A program made the position numbers and the translations under genes. The notes beneath the pieces were generated by a model. It saw only the letters and a list, made by a program, of their open reading frames with translations, had not been told where the DNA came from and ran no database searches. From the NCBI GenBank assembly GCA_046290495.1, contig JBKAGT010000005.1, positions 897,550-961,549 of the forward strand: a stretch of DNA of 64,000 nucleotides, read 5' to 3'. Positions 54,230-64,000 of this stretch are shown piece after piece; position 1 is the stretch's first letter; each line of letters starts with the position of its first letter. This DNA comes from Chlorobiota bacterium (GTDB taxonomy: Bacteria; Bacteroidota; Ignavibacteria; Kapaibacteriales; UBA2268).

Positions 54230-55582
54230 ATGTCAGCACGTTATAAATCATTCAAATACATAGAAGATTTGCCAAAATATGATGGCCAAGAAATAACCCT
54301 AAACGGATGGGTTTACAACAAAACTGGAAAAGGGAAATTGCAGTTCATCCAACTACGTGATGGCTCTGGAGTAGCACAGTGTGTTGTGTTCAAAGGTAAT
54401 GTGAGCGAAGAAGACTTTGCTGCAGCCAAATCACTCACTCAAGAATCATCACTTAGCGTAACTGGTACTGTTAAAGCAAATGAAAGAGCGCCAGGCGGCT
54501 ATGAGTTAGATGTGACTTCTGTTAAGGTATACCAAGTAGCTGATGAATACCCAATTACTCCAAAAGAACACGGCGATTCATTCTTAATTGAAAATCGTCA
54601 CTTGTGGTTACGTTCATCTAAGCAACATGCAATTATGCGTGTTCGTTCTGTAATTATCAAGGCAATCCGTGATTTCCTTGACAATAACGGATTTAGACTA
54701 ATGGATTCACCAATATTAACTCCAAGTGCATGTGAGGGAACATCTACTTTATTCGAAACAGAATATTTCGACTTAGGTAAGGCATACTTATCACAATCTG
54801 GTCAGCTTTATGCTGAAGCATCCGCTATGGCTTTGGGAAGAACTTATACTTTCGGTCCAACATTCAGAGCAGAGAAATCGAAAACAAGAAAACACTTGAC
54901 AGAGTTCTGGATGGTAGAGCCGGAGATGGCATTCTTCGACTTGGAAGATGATATGCAATTAGCAGAAGACATGACTGTTTATATAGTTCAACAAGTATTA
55001 GAAAATTGCCAAACAGAATTAGAAACATTAGAAAGAGACCAAGTGCCATTGAAAAAAGTAGTCGGCGGCTTCCCACGTATATCTTACACAGAAGCGGTAG
55101 AGTGGTTAGTAGAAAACGATGTGCCTCTTATCCAGAAAGTAGATGGCGAAGACAAAGAAATTCGTCCATTCCCTTGGGGAGAAGACTTTGGTACAGTGCA
55201 AGAAGAAGCACTAATGGAGCAATTTGATCAACCTTGTTTTATCTATGATTATCCAACAGACATCAAAGCATTCTATATGAAGCGCAACCCAGACAACCCG
55301 AAAGTTGTGAAAGCAATGGATATGCTTGGGCCTGAGAAAGCAGGCGAGCTAATTGGTGGTAGCCAAAGAGAAGACGACCACGATTTGCTATTAGAAAGAA
55401 TAAAGGCACACGACTTACCAGTAGAAGATTACCAATGGTATCTCGATTTGCGTAAGTACGGTAGCGTACCTCACTCTGGTTTCGGAATGGGATTAGAAAG
55501 AACAGTAAAGTGGATAACTGGCGCTAAGCACATCCGCGAGACTATCCCAATGCCAAGAATGATTCACAGAATTATTCCTTAG
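54230..55582 (+). CDS. asnS: Asparagine--tRNA ligase
   Basis: Class IIb aaRS; 450 aa; DIKAFYM...GGSQRE...VPHSGFGMGLER motifs match AsnRS. Confidence 0.9.
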   Translation: MSARYKSFKYIEDLPKYDGQEITLNGWVYNKTGKGKLQFIQLRDGSGVAQCVVFKGNVSEEDFAAAKSLTQESSLSVTGTVKANERAPGGYELDVTSVKVYQVADEYPITPKEHGDSFLIENRHLWLRSSKQHAIMRVRSVIIKAIRDFLDNNGFRLMDSPILTPSACEGTSTLFETEYFDLGKAYLSQSGQLYAEASAMALGRTYTFGPTFRAEKSKTRKHLTEFWMVEPEMAFFDLEDDMQLAEDMTVYIVQQVLENCQTELETLERDQVPLKKVVGGFPRISYTEAVEWLVENDVPLIQKVDGEDKEIRPFPWGEDFGTVQEEALMEQFDQPCFIYDYPTDIKAFYMKRNPDNPKVVKAMDMLGPEKAGELIGGSQREDDHDLLLERIKAHDLPVEDYQWYLDLRKYGSVPHSGFGMGLERTVKWITGAKHIRETIPMPRMIHRIIP

Positions 55583-55611
55583 AGATTAAGGAATAGATTT
55601 AAAGATTATGT

Positions 55612-55643
55612 AGAGACGTGCTGAGCACGTCTCTTTTTTTTCT
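55612..55643 (+). terminator. Rho-independent terminator after asnS
   Basis: agagacgtgctgagcacgtctct plus T8. Confidence 0.7.
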
Positions 55644-55730
55644 CTATGAAATTTGAAGGAAATTTAGACTATAGCATTTGTCATCTGAATTAGGTTTTAT
55701 TGTTAATTAGTCTTAGAATCATAAAATAAA

Positions 55731-55760
55731 AAAGCTCCGAACTTAATTGCTCGGAGCTTT
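55731..55760 (-). terminator. Rho-independent terminator (aaagctccga...tcggagcttt plus T-run), serves the minus-strand lipoprotein gene
   Basis: 10-bp stem with A/T-run flanks. Confidence 0.65.
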
Positions 55761-55787
55761 TTTTTTAAACTTCTATTTGTATTGAAT

Positions 55788-56219
55788 TTATTTCCCTACA
55801 TCTGAACGAGCAGCAATATTAACAATAATACCTTTTTGCTTACCTTTTATAAGCTTTTGCTTTTTCAAGCCGTTAGTCCAATGAGAAATACAACTAACAA
55901 AGCCACCATGGTTGTTGAAGTTTTCTTCAAAACAAGCAAATAAAGAACATGACAATGGCTCACCAAGAGCTTCTTCGATTTCTTCTAATTCACTTTCTGA
56001 AAATTGTGATTCTATTTCATCAATAAAATCTAACATCGCTTGGTCTGTAATTTCACACCCATTATCATCATCGTCATCATCTCCATCATCAGGTGGAGCG
56101 ACAGCCAATCCGACTGGTGAATCACTACCTCTTCTATCAATATCAGAATCTGTTGGCAACTCTTTGCATGATACAAAAAGGAACCCTAATGCGATAAGAA
56201 TGATTAAACTATTCTTCAT
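55788..56219 (-). CDS. Hypothetical acidic lipoprotein with poly-Asp tract
   Basis: LFVSCKELP lipobox; DDGDDDDDDNGC. Confidence 0.5.
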   Translation of the reverse strand: MKNSLIILIALGFLFVSCKELPTDSDIDRRGSDSPVGLAVAPPDDGDDDDDDNGCEITDQAMLDFIDEIESQFSESELEEIEEALGEPLSCSLFACFEENFNNHGGFVSCISHWTNGLKKQKLIKGKQKGIIVNIAARSDVGK

Positions 56220-56341
56220 TTTATTTCTCCATTTTAAAAAAACAATGTAATAAATAATTATAAATGAAAAGTAAGTGAAATTACTTAATTATGATAATAT
56301 TGTTATATTTGAACTTTAGAAACCTAGAAATCAATACTATT

Positions 56342-57415
56342 ATGAAAAAGAATTTTATACTACTTTCAATCATTTCAATAATATTTCTTACAATTCCATT
56401 TGGTGTACAAAGTAAAGAAATAAATAAAATCATAAATGAGAACTACAAAGCATATAGTGACAGCTTAGAAAATAATATCACAACTTTCACATACTTAGAT
56501 GATGACGGTAGGTACAAAACTTATCTTCTAAGTTCAAAGCAAGAAAAAGTAAAAGTACCAATTTTTCAGATTGGTAGTGTAAGCAAGTTATTTGTTGCTC
56601 ATGCATTAGCAAAGTTAACCACCGATAGCGATTTGAGATTAGATACAAAGCTTTCAGAAATTTTAAAAGGTGTACTGTATAAGGATGAACGCATAGCATC
56701 AATCACATTAATGCAATTAGCTAATCACACATCGGGACTACCGAGACTACCTATAAATATCTTTGTTGGGATGGCTGATACTTTACAGCCTTATGCAAAA
56801 TATACAACTGCAATGCTTTACCAGTTCTTGGGAACTTATGAGCTAACCAGAGAAGCTGGGAAATCTTATGAATATTCTAATTTGGGCTATGGTGTACTGG
56901 GTCTAGCACTAGACACTTACCTCAGAAAAAATAAGAATACAAACTTAGAAAGCTATATAGAAGATGAAATACTAAAACCAATTGGTATGGATGATACTCA
57001 TCTTGAACTACCAAAAGAAAAGCAAGCAAGATTAACTCAGCCATATAGAGAGAACAATCCAGTCCCGAATTGGGAATTTGATGTCTTGAAGTGGGCAGGT
57101 GCTTACTATAGTACAACTGAAGATTTAGCAAAATATTTGAATCAATATGTTTCTGACACTCCAGTAGTCACAGAAGAGGTAACAGAAAAAATGATGACTG
57201 AATCACACATTATAAATGAAAGGATGAAAATGGCTTTAGGTTGGCACATTACACCTCTTAACGATAAGCAAGTCTATTGGCATAATGGGAATACTTATGG
57301 TAATGCAGCGTTTATTGCATTCGTCGAGGGTAAGTTTGTAGCAGTGCTTTCTAACAGCAACCGTGTTTTAGATATGTTGTCTGTTGATGTATTAAGTAAT
57401 ATGATTAAGAAGTAA
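56342..57415 (+). CDS. Serine hydrolase of the beta-lactamase/PBP (class C-like) family
   Basis: SxxK (SVSK), YxN (YEYSN); start set at MKKNFILLSII. Confidence 0.7.
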   Translation: MKKNFILLSIISIIFLTIPFGVQSKEINKIINENYKAYSDSLENNITTFTYLDDDGRYKTYLLSSKQEKVKVPIFQIGSVSKLFVAHALAKLTTDSDLRLDTKLSEILKGVLYKDERIASITLMQLANHTSGLPRLPINIFVGMADTLQPYAKYTTAMLYQFLGTYELTREAGKSYEYSNLGYGVLGLALDTYLRKNKNTNLESYIEDEILKPIGMDDTHLELPKEKQARLTQPYRENNPVPNWEFDVLKWAGAYYSTTEDLAKYLNQYVSDTPVVTEEVTEKMMTESHIINERMKMALGWHITPLNDKQVYWHNGNTYGNAAFIAFVEGKFVAVLSNSNRVLDMLSVDVLSNMIKK

Positions 57416-58504
57416 TTACTTCTTTCGCCAAACACTCATAACATCATCACCTGATTTTTGAGTGCTGTGTAAAGCAAAGTTTGCTGGCTCACTAAGCTTA
57501 TTTGGCTTAATCTTATTGAATGGTGAAAGCCCTTGGCCGATGATTTTCGGAGCTTGGAAACTGATGATTTCATCTATCAGATTAGCTTCGTAAAAAGATG
57601 AAAATAGGCCTGCACCACCTTCTAATAAGATATGTCCAATATTATAATCATTATAAAGTAGTTTCATTAGGTAAATAATGCTTTCTTTCGAATCTAGCTT
57701 TTTTGATACCACAACTTTCACACCCATAGATTTTATAGAATCAATTTTATCTTGATTAATTCCACTATTGCAAACAATTATTGTCTTTTCTTTAGCTAAC
57801 TCATCTGTCAAGACTTTCGAGTCAAGTGGTATATCTAGATTGGAAGTAATAATTATTCGTAATGGGTCTTCCCCATCTGCTAATCTTACATTTAGCTTTG
57901 GGTCATCGTGGCGAACTGTTCCAGAACCTACCATAATACCATCGACTTCTGCTCTCAGTTTATGGACAAATTTTCTGCTTTCCTCACTGGATATCCATTT
58001 GCTCTCATTGTCAGACTGAGCCATGAATCCATCTAATGTTTGAGCAAACTTTGCAGTAATATATGGACGTTTCTCATTCATATTAAGAATGAAGGTTCTA
58101 TTCAATTCACTTGCTTCTTCTTCCATCACTCCAACTTCTACTCCAATCCCGGCAGCTTTCAACTTAGCTACTCCCCTTCCGCTTACTTGTGGGTTCGGAT
58201 CTTCCATAGCAACTATCACTCTTGTTGGTTTCTTCTCGATTAGCAAATCAACACAAGGTGGAGTTTTCCCATGGTGTGAGCAGGGTTCCAAAGTTACATA
58301 TACTTCACAACCAAGTAAATCTCCATCCACTTTTCTGATAGCATTTACCTCTGCGTGAGGACCGCCATATATCTCATGATACCCCTCAGCTATTATTCTA
58401 TCACCATTTGTTATAACACATCCGACCATTGGATTAGGAGAAACTGAACCACGCCCTTTTTCTGCTAATTCCAAAGCCCTTTGCATAAAGTCCAGTTTTG
58501 TCAT
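57416..58504 (-). CDS. ribD: Bifunctional riboflavin biosynthesis deaminase/reductase RibD
   Basis: HAEVNAI...LEPCSHHGKTPPC deaminase Zn motif; C-terminal RibD_C reductase domain. Confidence 0.9.
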   Translation of the reverse strand: MTKLDFMQRALELAEKGRGSVSPNPMVGCVITNGDRIIAEGYHEIYGGPHAEVNAIRKVDGDLLGCEVYVTLEPCSHHGKTPPCVDLLIEKKPTRVIVAMEDPNPQVSGRGVAKLKAAGIGVEVGVMEEEASELNRTFILNMNEKRPYITAKFAQTLDGFMAQSDNESKWISSEESRKFVHKLRAEVDGIMVGSGTVRHDDPKLNVRLADGEDPLRIIITSNLDIPLDSKVLTDELAKEKTIIVCNSGINQDKIDSIKSMGVKVVVSKKLDSKESIIYLMKLLYNDYNIGHILLEGGAGLFSSFYEANLIDEIISFQAPKIIGQGLSPFNKIKPNKLSEPANFALHSTQKSGDDVMSVWRKK

Positions 58505-58965
58505 TTTTTCAATACAACTTTAGTATTATAAACTATTGGATTTGGTTTGATTGGAAGCATTAGAGTCAAATCTATTTCATCATTTTCTTCAATAAAGGTA
58601 ACACCTGATAATCGGTATACATATCCTTGTGTCTTACCCACTTCTTTGGGTAATACTTCATTTATAGCAAGAGTATAATTTCCAGAATTTGTATTTAGAA
58701 TTTCATTCCCTTTCATATCCTTAATCACGACTCTCAGTTGCTCTGAGTTAGGAAAATAATTCGAATCATCAGCTTTTAACTTTGTTAATCTAAGCTCAAC
58801 CATAAAGCTATGCTGCTCAAATTCGTAAGCTGGAGTAACTGAGAATACTGAGTCAGCAGTAATGAAGGTCTCCCCTTCTTCTTCTATAGTGCAAAATTTA
58901 TTAGAAGAACATCCGAAAAATAGAGATATTAATAACAAAATCGTTATATTGTAATAATTAACCAT
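58501..58965 (-). CDS. Hypothetical lipoprotein
   Basis: LLISLFFGCSSN lipobox. Confidence 0.5.
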   Translation of the reverse strand: MVNYYNITILLLISLFFGCSSNKFCTIEEEGETFITADSVFSVTPAYEFEQHSFMVELRLTKLKADDSNYFPNSEQLRVVIKDMKGNEILNTNSGNYTLAINEVLPKEVGKTQGYVYRLSGVTFIEENDEIDLTLMLPIKPNPIVYNTKVVLKK

Positions 58966-58992
58966 ATTAATAGAACAAATAAGTGGATAAAT

Positions 58993-59763
58993 ATGAAACG
59001 CAATCCAATATACTATTTTTTATTGATTTTCACCTTAATTCCTTTACAAACTTTTGCAAACGGCTCAGCTGGTTCAGAAGCTACTTACGAACCAAGAAGA
59101 ATCGTAGATATGCCAACTGCTGGAGTGATACCCAAAGGTCATTTTGAAGTAAATTCATTTCTAATGCAATCAGGTGGATTGATGGCTGAGTTCAATGCAG
59201 CTCCCTTCACCAATTTTACAGTCGGTATATCATTCGGTGGAACAAATGTAATTGGTATTAGTACACCAAAGTTTCAAGAATATCCTGGAGTACAAATAAA
59301 ATATAGGATAATTGATGAAACGGCTGAATTCCCTGCTATCGCATTAGGATTTAACTCACAAGGAATTGGCCTATACAGCGAAGAGGAGAATAGATATCAA
59401 ACATTATCTCCTGGTGGATATTTAGCGGCTTCTAAAAGTTTTTTATCCCCAATTGGACTTTCATTTTTACATGCAGGAATAAATTACTCACTTGAGCCAA
59501 TACCAGATCATAGAAGTGTAAATTTTTATTTTGGTGCAGAACAGACTTTACTTACTCGAATTTCAGTAGGTGCAGAGTTAAATCTAAATTTAGAAAATAA
59601 CTCAGCATTTCTGGAGAATAATGGATTGTTAAATTTTCAGTTAAAATGGGCTGCCTCAGAAGATTTGACTGTGATGCTAATGTTTAGAGATGCTTTCGCT
59701 AATTTTAGAGCATCAGAATCTTTAGTAAGATTTTTAAGATTTGAGTACATCAATAGATTCTAA
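58993..59763 (+). CDS. Putative outer-membrane beta-barrel protein
   Basis: Signal peptide, alternating hydrophobic strands, C-terminal aromatic (..YINRF). Confidence 0.5.
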   Translation: MKRNPIYYFLLIFTLIPLQTFANGSAGSEATYEPRRIVDMPTAGVIPKGHFEVNSFLMQSGGLMAEFNAAPFTNFTVGISFGGTNVIGISTPKFQEYPGVQIKYRIIDETAEFPAIALGFNSQGIGLYSEEENRYQTLSPGGYLAASKSFLSPIGLSFLHAGINYSLEPIPDHRSVNFYFGAEQTLLTRISVGAELNLNLENNSAFLENNGLLNFQLKWAASEDLTVMLMFRDAFANFRASESLVRFLRFEYINRF

Positions 59764-59785
59764 ATATTTTAAGACCAGTATAAGA

Positions 59786-59820
59786 AAAGCTCTATCCCAT
59801 AGAATAAGTGAATAGAGCTT
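59786..59820. terminator. Rho-independent terminator between convergent genes
   Basis: aaagctctat...atagagcttt stem plus T-run. Confidence 0.55.
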
Positions 59821-59843
59821 TTTTTATGAATTTCATGATTTAT

Positions 59844-60671
59844 CTACAAACAGCCCAAACGACCACCATCTACAGGTATGTTTACTCCATTGATATATGC
59901 AGCTGCTGGAGTGGCTAGAAATGCCACAGCATTTGCAACTTCTTCTGGGTCACCAAATCTTGCTGCTGGAATTGTAGAAATCATTGCTTTTTCTACTTCA
60001 TTTTCAGGTTTGTCCTGTTTCTCTGATTTTTTCTTTACTATGCTGTCTAACCTGCCAGTCATTGTAAACCCTGGTAATACATTGTTAACTGTGATACCAT
60101 ACATTGCAATCTCATTTGCAAGAGTTTTAGACCAGCTTGCCATAGCACCACGGACAGTATTTGAAACTCCAAGACCAGCAATCGGTATTTTAACAGAAGT
60201 AGAAATAATATTAATTATTCTACCATATCTAGAATCTTTCATTCCTTCGAAGAGTGTTTGAACGAGTAGATGACTTGCTTTCAAATGCATATCAAATGCT
60301 TTATAGAAAGCATCTACATCAGCATCTAATAATTGACCACCTGGAGGTCCACCAGTGTTATTCACTAATATTTGAATGCTTCCATTTTCAGAAATATACT
60401 CTTTAGCTCTCTCTTGTACCTGCACTGGGTTCTGAAAGTCAGCAACAAGATAGCTATGCTTTTGGTGATGTTGTTGAGGCAATTGTTCCAAAGTTGATTT
60501 CAACTTATCTTCTGAGCGAGCCATTAGTACAATATCTGCGCCCAAGCTAGCTAGTTCCATTGCTGTGGCTTTCCCAATCCCATCGGTAGAGCCACAAACA
60601 AGAGCTGTCTTTCCTTTAAGTTCTATGTTCATTTTATTTATCTTTTTATTTTCAAATTGAATAAATTTCAA
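59844..60671 (-). CDS. SDR-family oxidoreductase (3-oxoacyl-ACP reductase-like)
   Basis: TGxxxGIG (CGSTDGIGKA), NNTG, YxxxK region. Confidence 0.8.
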   Translation of the reverse strand: MKFIQFENKKINKMNIELKGKTALVCGSTDGIGKATAMELASLGADIVLMARSEDKLKSTLEQLPQQHHQKHSYLVADFQNPVQVQERAKEYISENGSIQILVNNTGGPPGGQLLDADVDAFYKAFDMHLKASHLLVQTLFEGMKDSRYGRIINIISTSVKIPIAGLGVSNTVRGAMASWSKTLANEIAMYGITVNNVLPGFTMTGRLDSIVKKKSEKQDKPENEVEKAMISTIPAARFGDPEEVANAVAFLATPAAAYINGVNIPVDGGRLGCL

Positions 60672-60844
60672 TATACATTATAGACTTAATTAATACAACT
60701 CACTACATAAGAAGTAAATTTTCGACTTCGTTTTTTTATGATAATGAAGATTTAATAATTATTTTTCGTATTATGTAAAGATGAGTAATTCTTAAGACAA
60801 TATTTTATTTTTAATTTGGCTTCGTATTTCTCACTCTACAAACA

Positions 60845-62785
60845 ATGAATGCTATAAAAAATATATTAACCCTAATTTTGATTTTATTTGTGGCTGTGCC
60901 GCTTTTTTCTCAGAATCAAGAGTTAGCAAAAATACAACTTCTCAAAGAGAAACTTAATACCGCTAAGGAAGATACTAGTAAGGTACTCTTACTACAATCT
61001 TTATCATTCCAATACAACAGCATAGACCCACGAATCGGACTTGATTACGGCGAACAATCATTAGAATTAGCTAAAGATTTGAAATTTGAAAATGCTTATT
61101 CTGATTGTTATAATTCTATAGGTGGGAACCAATTCGCAATGGGTGACCTAAAACATGCTTTGGAAACATTTAGCAAAGCCGTAGAATTAAATGAAAAGAA
61201 TAGTATAGAAGAGAAACTTTCTGACAACTATGCAAACATTGGTAATATATATTATAATCTTTCTAATTATACAGAAGCACTCTCTTATTATCAAAAGTCA
61301 TTACACCTGGATGAAAAACTAGATAACAAATCAGGCATAGCGGCAAATTATGGTAGTATCGGTAATGTATATAGTAACCTATCTAATTACGAAAGTGCAA
61401 AAAAGTATTACAAAAACGCACTTGATATTTATGAATTAACAGACAATATGCGTGGGAAAGCTACCATTCTTGGGAATATCGGTAGCGTATTCCATGACCA
61501 AGGAGAATATGAAAAGTCTTTAGAATATTTTAATAAATCGTTAGAACTATGGCAATTGTTTGGGAACAAGATGGGGATCGCAACCAACTTAGGTACAATT
61601 GCTAATTCCTACAATCTGTCGAACGAATTTTCTAAAGCTATAGAGTACTATGAGCAAGCCATGGATATATCTAATGAGTTAGGTGACAAGTATGGACTAA
61701 GTGCACTGTACGGTAATGCAGGCATTCTTTATCATAGACTTAGTATAGATTCGGTAGTAGCAAAATATAGAAGTCAATTCCCTGCTTTGACAGCTAATCC
61801 AAAAAAGAATTTGACTAAGTCAATAGAATACTCTGAAAAAGCAGTAGAACTGGCTAAAGATGTTGGTTCACTGAATATGCTGTCAGATTGGTATGCTAAC
61901 CTTGACAAAGCATATACGAAATTAGGAGACTATAAAAAAGCATACTACTACCAAGAAAAATGGACTGAAATTAGAGATTCCGTATTTAGTATGGATAAAG
62001 CAAAAGAGATAGCTACATTAGAATTTGACAAGCAAAATCAAATCAATGAAAAAGAATTAAAACTAAAAGATCTTCAGCTATTGCGTAAGAAAAATGAGCA
62101 AACTTTACTTTTTGCAGGACTAGGTGGTTCAGCAGTTATATTACTTATCATATTCTTACAAAGAAGGAAATCCGAAAAGCTGCTACATAATATATTACCT
62201 GTATCTATTGCTAAGAGATTAAAGAAAAGTGAAAAAAATATTGCTGACAGATTTGATGAATCTTCTATAGTATTTATAGATTTAGTTGGGTTTTCTGAAA
62301 TATCACAAAAAATCAGCCCTGAAAAAGCAGTAGAATTCTTAAATAATGTGTTTTCTAAAATTGATAAAATCACAAAAGAATACTCCTTAGAGAAGATAAA
62401 GACCATTGGTGATTGTTATATGGCAGTGTGTGGACTTCCAGAAAAAGATGGCAATCATGCCTACAACACTGTCAAGTTTTCTCAGAAGGTTGGTGAGATG
62501 CTTAAAGAACAAAAAGGCCCATACGGGGAGGAAATTAGTTTTAGGGCAGGTATCGATTGCGGTGCTGTAGTTGCTGGAATTATAGGAGAGAAAAAATTCA
62601 GCTATGACCTATGGGGTGACGCCGTCAATACAGCTTCTAGAATGGAGAGCTCAGGTGTTAAAAATAAGATACAAGTAACTAAGAATGTGATAGACAAAAT
62701 AAAAGATACTGATATAGACTACGAAGAAAGAGGAGAGATTTTAATTAAGGGAAAAGGTAACATAGTTACTTACTTTATAAACTAG
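60845..62785 (+). CDS. TPR-repeat sensor, TM segment and class III adenylate/guanylate cyclase
   Basis: Signal peptide, about 9 TPR units, TM LLFAGLGGSAVILLIIFL; cyclase core FIDLVGFS...IGDCYMAV...WGDAVNTASRMES. Confidence 0.8.
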   Translation: MNAIKNILTLILILFVAVPLFSQNQELAKIQLLKEKLNTAKEDTSKVLLLQSLSFQYNSIDPRIGLDYGEQSLELAKDLKFENAYSDCYNSIGGNQFAMGDLKHALETFSKAVELNEKNSIEEKLSDNYANIGNIYYNLSNYTEALSYYQKSLHLDEKLDNKSGIAANYGSIGNVYSNLSNYESAKKYYKNALDIYELTDNMRGKATILGNIGSVFHDQGEYEKSLEYFNKSLELWQLFGNKMGIATNLGTIANSYNLSNEFSKAIEYYEQAMDISNELGDKYGLSALYGNAGILYHRLSIDSVVAKYRSQFPALTANPKKNLTKSIEYSEKAVELAKDVGSLNMLSDWYANLDKAYTKLGDYKKAYYYQEKWTEIRDSVFSMDKAKEIATLEFDKQNQINEKELKLKDLQLLRKKNEQTLLFAGLGGSAVILLIIFLQRRKSEKLLHNILPVSIAKRLKKSEKNIADRFDESSIVFIDLVGFSEISQKISPEKAVEFLNNVFSKIDKITKEYSLEKIKTIGDCYMAVCGLPEKDGNHAYNTVKFSQKVGEMLKEQKGPYGEEISFRAGIDCGAVVAGIIGEKKFSYDLWGDAVNTASRMESSGVKNKIQVTKNVIDKIKDTDIDYEERGEILIKGKGNIVTYFIN

Positions 62786-62786
62786 A

Positions 62787-64000
62787 ATGCGATTATCATT
62801 AACACATATTATTTTATTTTTATTAGCTATTTCATTAGCTCATACTAGCACAGTAGATTCGTTAGTTAGTGAGCTAGAAAAGGCCAAACAAGATACTACA
62901 AAAATAAAATTACTTAATAATATTGCATACAAATACACATCTAAGAATCCTAAACTTGGGCTAGAATATGGCCAGAAGGCAATAGAGCTATCGATAGATT
63001 TGGGCTCAGATGAAGGATTGGCTTCTTCATACAATTACATGGGAATAAATAATTCAGTTCTAGGTAATTATGTTAAGTCAAATGAATACTTTGGTAAATC
63101 TTTAGAAATATATAAAAAATTAAATGATTCAGTAGGTATAGCCCAGCAACTAAGTAGATTAGGAATTATAAGCAACTATCAATCTAATTTTGTAGAATCA
63201 TTGAACTATCATCAGCAATCATTAGAAATAGCTGAGAAGATTGATAATAAGCAACGTGTAGCTAAGCAGTTAAGTAATATTGGGACTATATATAATAACT
63301 TAAAGGAGTATGGCAAAGCAAAGCGTTACTTCCTAAGAGCTTTAGAAATTCAAAACCAATTAGGTGATAAGAAAAGTATATCAAGACAGCTGGGTAATAT
63401 AGCTCTGAGCTATAATTACTTGAAAGAGTATGATAAAGCTTTAGAGTATTACAATAGAGCTTATGAAATTGATGAAGAGCTTAACAACGAAAAAGGTAAA
63501 GCTATCAGATTAGGTAACATCGGAATTGTTTACCGACATACTGGTGACTATGACAAAGCAATGTCTTATTACAAAAGAGCCCTTTCAAAAAATAAAGAAA
63601 TCGGAAGTAAAGACGGAGAAGCAATTAACCTAGCAAGTATAGGGGAACTTCATTTCCATTTAGCACAAGATAGTGTTATTAATAATATTCATAACTCAAC
63701 ACTCAACTTGGAAAAAAACTATAATTATAAAAAAGCATTAGAATATTCAGAAGAAGCAAAAAATTTATCTATAAAAATTGGGGCTAAAAGACCTTTAGTT
63801 GAGATGTATGAAATACTAGATAAATCAAATTATCAACTTGGGAATTACAAACAAGCTCATCAATATCAAGCTAATTGGGCTGCTCTAAAAGATTCTATCT
63901 TTAGTGTTGAAAAAACTACTGAAATAGCAAGTTTGGAGGCAAAAAAACAAAAAGAACTAAACGAAAAAGAACTAAAATTAGTAGACTTGAGAATTACTAG
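62787..64000 (+). CDS. Paralogous TPR-repeat sensor protein (3'-partial; runs off window)
   Basis: ATG at 62787 just after the upstream stop; same N-terminal architecture and the same coiled-coil juxtamembrane motif (EIASLEAKKQKELNEKELKLVDL) as the preceding gene. Confidence 0.7.
   Translation, partial: MRLSLTHIILFLLAISLAHTSTVDSLVSELEKAKQDTTKIKLLNNIAYKYTSKNPKLGLEYGQKAIELSIDLGSDEGLASSYNYMGINNSVLGNYVKSNEYFGKSLEIYKKLNDSVGIAQQLSRLGIISNYQSNFVESLNYHQQSLEIAEKIDNKQRVAKQLSNIGTIYNNLKEYGKAKRYFLRALEIQNQLGDKKSISRQLGNIALSYNYLKEYDKALEYYNRAYEIDEELNNEKGKAIRLGNIGIVYRHTGDYDKAMSYYKRALSKNKEIGSKDGEAINLASIGELHFHLAQDSVINNIHNSTLNLEKNYNYKKALEYSEEAKNLSIKIGAKRPLVEMYEILDKSNYQLGNYKQAHQYQANWAALKDSIFSVEKTTEIASLEAKKQKELNEKELKLVDLRIT

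Overview
AT-rich (~33-35% GC) chromosomal segment, most likely from a Bacteroidota-type genome. The evidence is several large secreted proteins ending in type IX secretion (T9SS) C-terminal sorting domains, a Rho factor with a long basic N-terminal extension, and lipoprotein-rich accessory genes. Housekeeping genes are recognisable: rho, an ftsL-like/ftsI pair, ligA, lpd, an Rrf2-sufBCDS operon, asnS, ribD and a MiaB/MtaB-like radical-SAM enzyme. These are interspersed with accessory blocks: (i) an operon of T9SS cargo, OmpA-family protein and T9SS cargo, followed by small lipoprotein genes separated by orphaned gene 3'-end fragments; (ii) an HME-RND heavy-metal efflux operon (CusA/CzcA-like, TolC-like, CusB-like with a CxxH...CPxCGM metal-binding head and a DUF3347-like CPM tail) preceded by a small Cys/His-rich protein and a duplicated promoter module; (iii) tandem ELWxxDGT-repeat T9SS paralogs, one interrupted by a poly-G(9) frameshift, consistent with slipped-strand phase variation but equally with a homopolymer sequencing error; (iv) two tandem UmuD-like S24 genes in which one copy keeps the Ser/Lys dyad and the other keeps only the cleavage-site motif; (v) a tandem triplicated lipoprotein family; (vi) tandem TPR-transmembrane-adenylate-cyclase paralogs. 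No rRNA, tRNA, CRISPR array or transposase was recognised. All calls come from reading the translations and the DNA by eye; no database search was possible.
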